From Calditrichia bacterium (lineage in GTDB: Bacteria > Calditrichota > Calditrichia > RBG-13-44-9), in contig JARRQT010000165.1 in NCBI GenBank assembly GCA_037381445.1, positions 676-11,611 on the forward strand: a DNA stretch of 10,936 nt. Reading direction: 5' to 3'. Numbering within the stretch: the first letter of the stretch is position 1; every line of letters starts with the position of its first letter. Shown one piece after another: positions 8,479-10,936 of this stretch. The notes under the pieces are model-generated. The model had not been told where the DNA came from. It was given only the letters and a program-made list of their open reading frames with translations, and made no database searches. The translations under genes and the position numbers were made by a program.

Positions 8479-9111
8479 ATGAAAGATTTATATGCAATTT
8501 TGGGTGTGCAGCCCTCTGCTTCCCGGGATGAAATAAAAAAGGCTTATCATAGACTGGTCCGGAAATACCATCCCGATATGGGCAAAGAATCTGATACAGA
8601 ACGATTCATGGAGATTAGAAATGCCTATGGGATTTTGGCAAACCGGCAACGCAGGGAAGAATACGATAAAGGGCTTAGAAATTCCGCCTCATCCTGTGTA
8701 TCTGCGGTAGGCCAGAACAGAAATGGTCCGGCGGCGGAGAATTTTATAAATGGCATCCTTTTAGGTTTTGATAGCTGTGCTTTCCCCGATTTTCAAGATC
8801 TATTTGAAAGACCTTATATAGCTGAAGAGCACCAGACCGTAGAAATCATTTTATCGCAAGAAGAAGCAGAGAAGCGGGAGAAAATTTCGTTGAATATTCC
8901 GGTGTGGCAGCGCTGTGAAAATTGCGGAGGAGCGGGATTTAGTTTTCCGTTTCTGTGCTCCGCGTGCGGGTCAACCGGCGCTGTGGCCCGGAACCGCGCC
9001 ATCGATTTAGAGATTCCGGTTTTGAAGAGAAGCCAGGAGGTTTACGAATTTAATCTTCACAGAATTGGTATTGATGGAAATCTGCGGGTGGTTTTTATCA
9101 TTCGTTCTTAA
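8479..9111 (+). CDS. Short DnaJ-like co-chaperone (J domain plus one Zn finger, truncated C-terminal domain)
   Basis: J domain DLYAILGV...EIKKAY...KYHPD...RFMEIRNAYGIL...REEYD. Only two Cys repeats (CENCGGAG, CSACGSTG). 210 aa in total. Confidence 0.88.
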   Translation: MKDLYAILGVQPSASRDEIKKAYHRLVRKYHPDMGKESDTERFMEIRNAYGILANRQRREEYDKGLRNSASSCVSAVGQNRNGPAAENFINGILLGFDSCAFPDFQDLFERPYIAEEHQTVEIILSQEEAEKREKISLNIPVWQRCENCGGAGFSFPFLCSACGSTGAVARNRAIDLEIPVLKRSQEVYEFNLHRIGIDGNLRVVFIIRS

Positions 9112-9173
9112 TCTCCGTTGCAGATCGTATTCCGGTGAAAAATTGGACATCGTTTCTTCACCATGAAAGTGCG

Positions 9174-9228
9174 GGTGTTGAAACAATTCTTCGATTTGGG
9201 AAAGGTGTTGAAAATCAGGCCGTTGAAA
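9174..9228. repeat. Short direct repeats GGTGTTGAAA x2 plus GTTGAAA
   Basis: Exact 10-mers at 9174-9183 and 9204-9213 (30 bp apart), with a partial copy at 9222-9228. Confidence 0.5.
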
Positions 9229-9339
9229 GCTGGTCCTGCTTGCCTGTTAAGTTTTTTACATCTTTTTGCAAATTCCATTTAAAATTTCCTATAAATTCTC
9301 AAATATATGAAGGTTAACATAATTGATAAATTTTAGAAA

Positions 9340-9367
9340 TTATCCATTAAAATTTAGTAATGGATAA
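9340..9367. repeat. Perfect 10-bp inverted repeat (candidate operator) upstream of the csrA promoter
   Basis: TTATCCATTA-N8-TAATGGATAA. Confidence 0.55.
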
Positions 9368-9384
9368 AATTTTATGATTAAGTG

Positions 9385-9413
9385 TTGACTTTCAGGACAA
9401 TGTTGGTTAAATT
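9385..9413 (+). promoter_or_regulatory. Putative sigma70-type promoter of csrA
   Basis: TTGACT (9385-9390), 17 nt spacer, TAAATT (9408-9413), 28 nt before the csrA ATG. Confidence 0.55.
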
Positions 9414-9441
9414 TTTACAAACCAAAACATGAGGTAACAGT

Positions 9442-9678
9442 ATGTTAGTGTTAACAAGGAGGTTGGGCGAATCGATCAATATCGGAGATAATATAAAGAT
9501 AACGGTTGTCGATATTGATGGAAAACAAGTAAAAATAGGTATTGAAGCGCCTCGTGATATTTCCATATTTCGTGAGGAGGTCTACGAGCGAATTAAGCAG
9601 GAAAATATTCGTGCCGCGGATGCTTCCTCGGATGAGCTAAAAAAGGCAGCTCAGATTTTCAAAAAATCAAAAAAGTAA
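9442..9678 (+). CDS. csrA: Carbon storage regulator CsrA (RNA-binding translational regulator)
   Basis: [18 protein letters not shown]...[19 protein letters not shown], with RNA-binding R44 conserved. GAGG RBS. Confidence 0.98.
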   Translation: MLVLTRRLGESINIGDNIKITVVDIDGKQVKIGIEAPRDISIFREEVYERIKQENIRAADASSDELKKAAQIFKKSKK

Positions 9679-9832
9679 ATTTTTTTCAAGGAAAGACACG
9701 CCCGGTGTGTGCGATCTTCTATCAAAGGGTGTAGTTTGCCATTTAGTTATTTTTGAATTACTTATATAAAAAATCCTTCCGTAAAAAAATCATTTTTAGT
9801 CAGTTTGATCGTTATATTTTATCTTTCCGTAA

Positions 9833-9923
9833 CAGGAATGAGTCTCTAATCATTTCGCAGATCCGCTGAAGAGGCGAATATTCAAATATTAGATATCTGC
9901 GGAGGCGAAAGCTCCTATTCCTG
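9833..9923. other. Candidate structured RNA or palindromic element
   Basis: Nested complementarity: CAGGAATGAGT/GCTC-CT-ATTCCTG, CGCAGAT/ATCTGCG and inner hairpins. GC-richer than its AT-rich flanks. No family recognised. Confidence 0.3.
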
Positions 9924-10064
9924 CTGCTAATAGTCTTGTGGCAGATTCTTAGTTTGCGAGGAATTTGTGCTTTTGCATATTGATTTTTGTAAAATTAAAT
10001 GTTTTAATTATTGTAAAATTTTATGAATATATTTATTATTCTGTGATATTTAGAAGGTGCTGGA

Positions 10065-10490
10065 ATGAATGTGTATCAGAAAAGAATTCAACTTTGGTCA
10101 CGTATATTGACCTTGAGCCTCGCCATATTCATAGCCAATTTTCTGGTGATTAAATTTTATATGCTGCTGTGGCGGATCATTCGCCATTCGATCGGCAATA
10201 TTCCCGGAAACATTAATGTATTTGTCATGATTCTGCTTCCTGTCGCTTTATCCGTTTTAACCCTTTTTATTATTGTTTTAATTGACAAGAGCTATTTCAG
10301 AATCCGGCATACGGGAAAGAAAAATTTTTATCTGTTAAGTTGGATCATATTTCTGGGAATGATTGTTTTTTCAATCAGCCCATATTTTCAACTGGAGTTT
10401 TCGCTGTCGTTACTGGCCGCCTTTTCCGCGATATTCATTTTTAAATTTTACAGGCTCCCGGCAGATCCGGAAGGGGAAACGGCGCTATGA
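10065..10490 (+). CDS. Hypothetical integral membrane protein (~4 TM helices)
   Basis: 141 aa with four hydrophobic stretches separated by basic loops. Its stop overlaps the next start codon (ATGA at 10487-10490). Confidence 0.7.
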   Translation: MNVYQKRIQLWSRILTLSLAIFIANFLVIKFYMLLWRIIRHSIGNIPGNINVFVMILLPVALSVLTLFIIVLIDKSYFRIRHTGKKNFYLLSWIIFLGMIVFSISPYFQLEFSLSLLAAFSAIFIFKFYRLPADPEGETAL

Positions 10491-10936
10491 ATCGCTATTT
10501 TGTTCATCCGGAAAATCCCAATAAACGCTCGGTCGACAAAGCGATAGAGGTATTGGAAAACAGTGGTATCATCATATATCCCACCGATACAGTATACGGG
10601 ATCGGCTGCAATCTCTATGACAAACGCGCCCTCGAGAGAGTATACCGTTTGAAGGGGAAAAGTAAATTTGAATCCATGAGCCTTATCGTCAAGGACATCC
10701 GGCAAGCCAGCACCTATGCCCGAATCTCCAACCAGGCATATCATACTCTCCGGCATTGTCTGCCCGGACCTTACACTTTTATTCTTCCTGCCACCCGGGA
10801 AATCCCCAAAGCCATGCTGAGCAAAAGAAAAGAGGTTGGCATCCGTATCCCGGACAATAATGTCTGCCATTTGATTATCGAGGAATTTGGCAATCCGCTG
10901 GTCAATACGTCCGTGAATGTCACTCATGATGAACTC
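10487..10936 (+). CDS. Sua5/YrdC/YciO family protein (YciO-like), 3' end outside the window
   Basis: Not in the ORF track because there is no stop in the window. Manual translation: MNRYFVHPENPNKRSVDKAIEVLENSGIIIYPTDTVYGIGC...LPGPYTFILPATREIP...KRKEVGIRIPD...GNPLVNTSVN. Confidence 0.92.
   Translation, partial: MNRYFVHPENPNKRSVDKAIEVLENSGIIIYPTDTVYGIGCNLYDKRALERVYRLKGKSKFESMSLIVKDIRQASTYARISNQAYHTLRHCLPGPYTFILPATREIPKAMLSKRKEVGIRIPDNNVCHLIIEEFGNPLVNTSVNVTHDEL

Noticed and set aside
9174..9228. CRISPR-like repeat ends (GTTGAAAC/GTTGAAAA/GTTGAAAG)
   Set aside because: Repeats are only 7-10 nt with periods of 30 and 15 nt, far too short for repeat-spacer units. No cas genes in the window.
9284..9340. 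dif/Xer site (GGTTAACATAA resembles a reversed XerD arm; ATTTCCTATAA resembles a XerC arm)
   Set aside because: The arms are not in the required 11-6-11 inverted arrangement.
9696..9710. Hairpin ACACGC-CCG-GTGTGT after csrA as a terminator
   Set aside because: Short stem with a 3 nt loop and no adjacent U-tract.
9834..9880. Fluoride or glycine riboswitch resemblance (GGAATGAGTCTC...GCTGAAGA)
   Set aside because: No GACTC partner for the fluoride pseudoknot, no CTCTCAGG glycine motif, and no cognate downstream gene.
9866..9915. Hammerhead ribozyme core (CTGAAGA ... CGAAA)
   Set aside because: Stem II cannot form between the two core segments (GGCG versus AGGC), and stems I/III with a UH site are not evident.
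10448..10927. 159 aa minus-strand ORF in the ORF track
   Set aside because: Antisense shadow of the plus-strand YciO-family gene starting at 10487.

Overview
Bacterial chromosomal window, mostly housekeeping. From left to right: a minus-strand YfiR/DUF4154-like secreted protein; tRNA-Val(CAC); a PyrR attenuator leader (binding loop plus terminator) ahead of pyrR-pyrB-pyrC; an atypical chaperone cluster (hsp20, hsp20, ferritin-like protein, dnaK, broken grpE, short J-domain/Zn-finger protein); csrA; a 4-TM membrane protein; and a YciO/TsaC-family gene running off the window. No mobile element or CRISPR array is supported. The most interesting part is the chaperone cluster. It lacks CIRCE/HrcA and instead shows a sigma54-like promoter architecture. 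It carries a ferritin-fold protein with an apparently dismantled ferroxidase centre, a grpE missing its central helix and split into two overlapping ORFs, and a single-zinc-finger J protein. All calls are from motif recognition by eye; no database searches were run.
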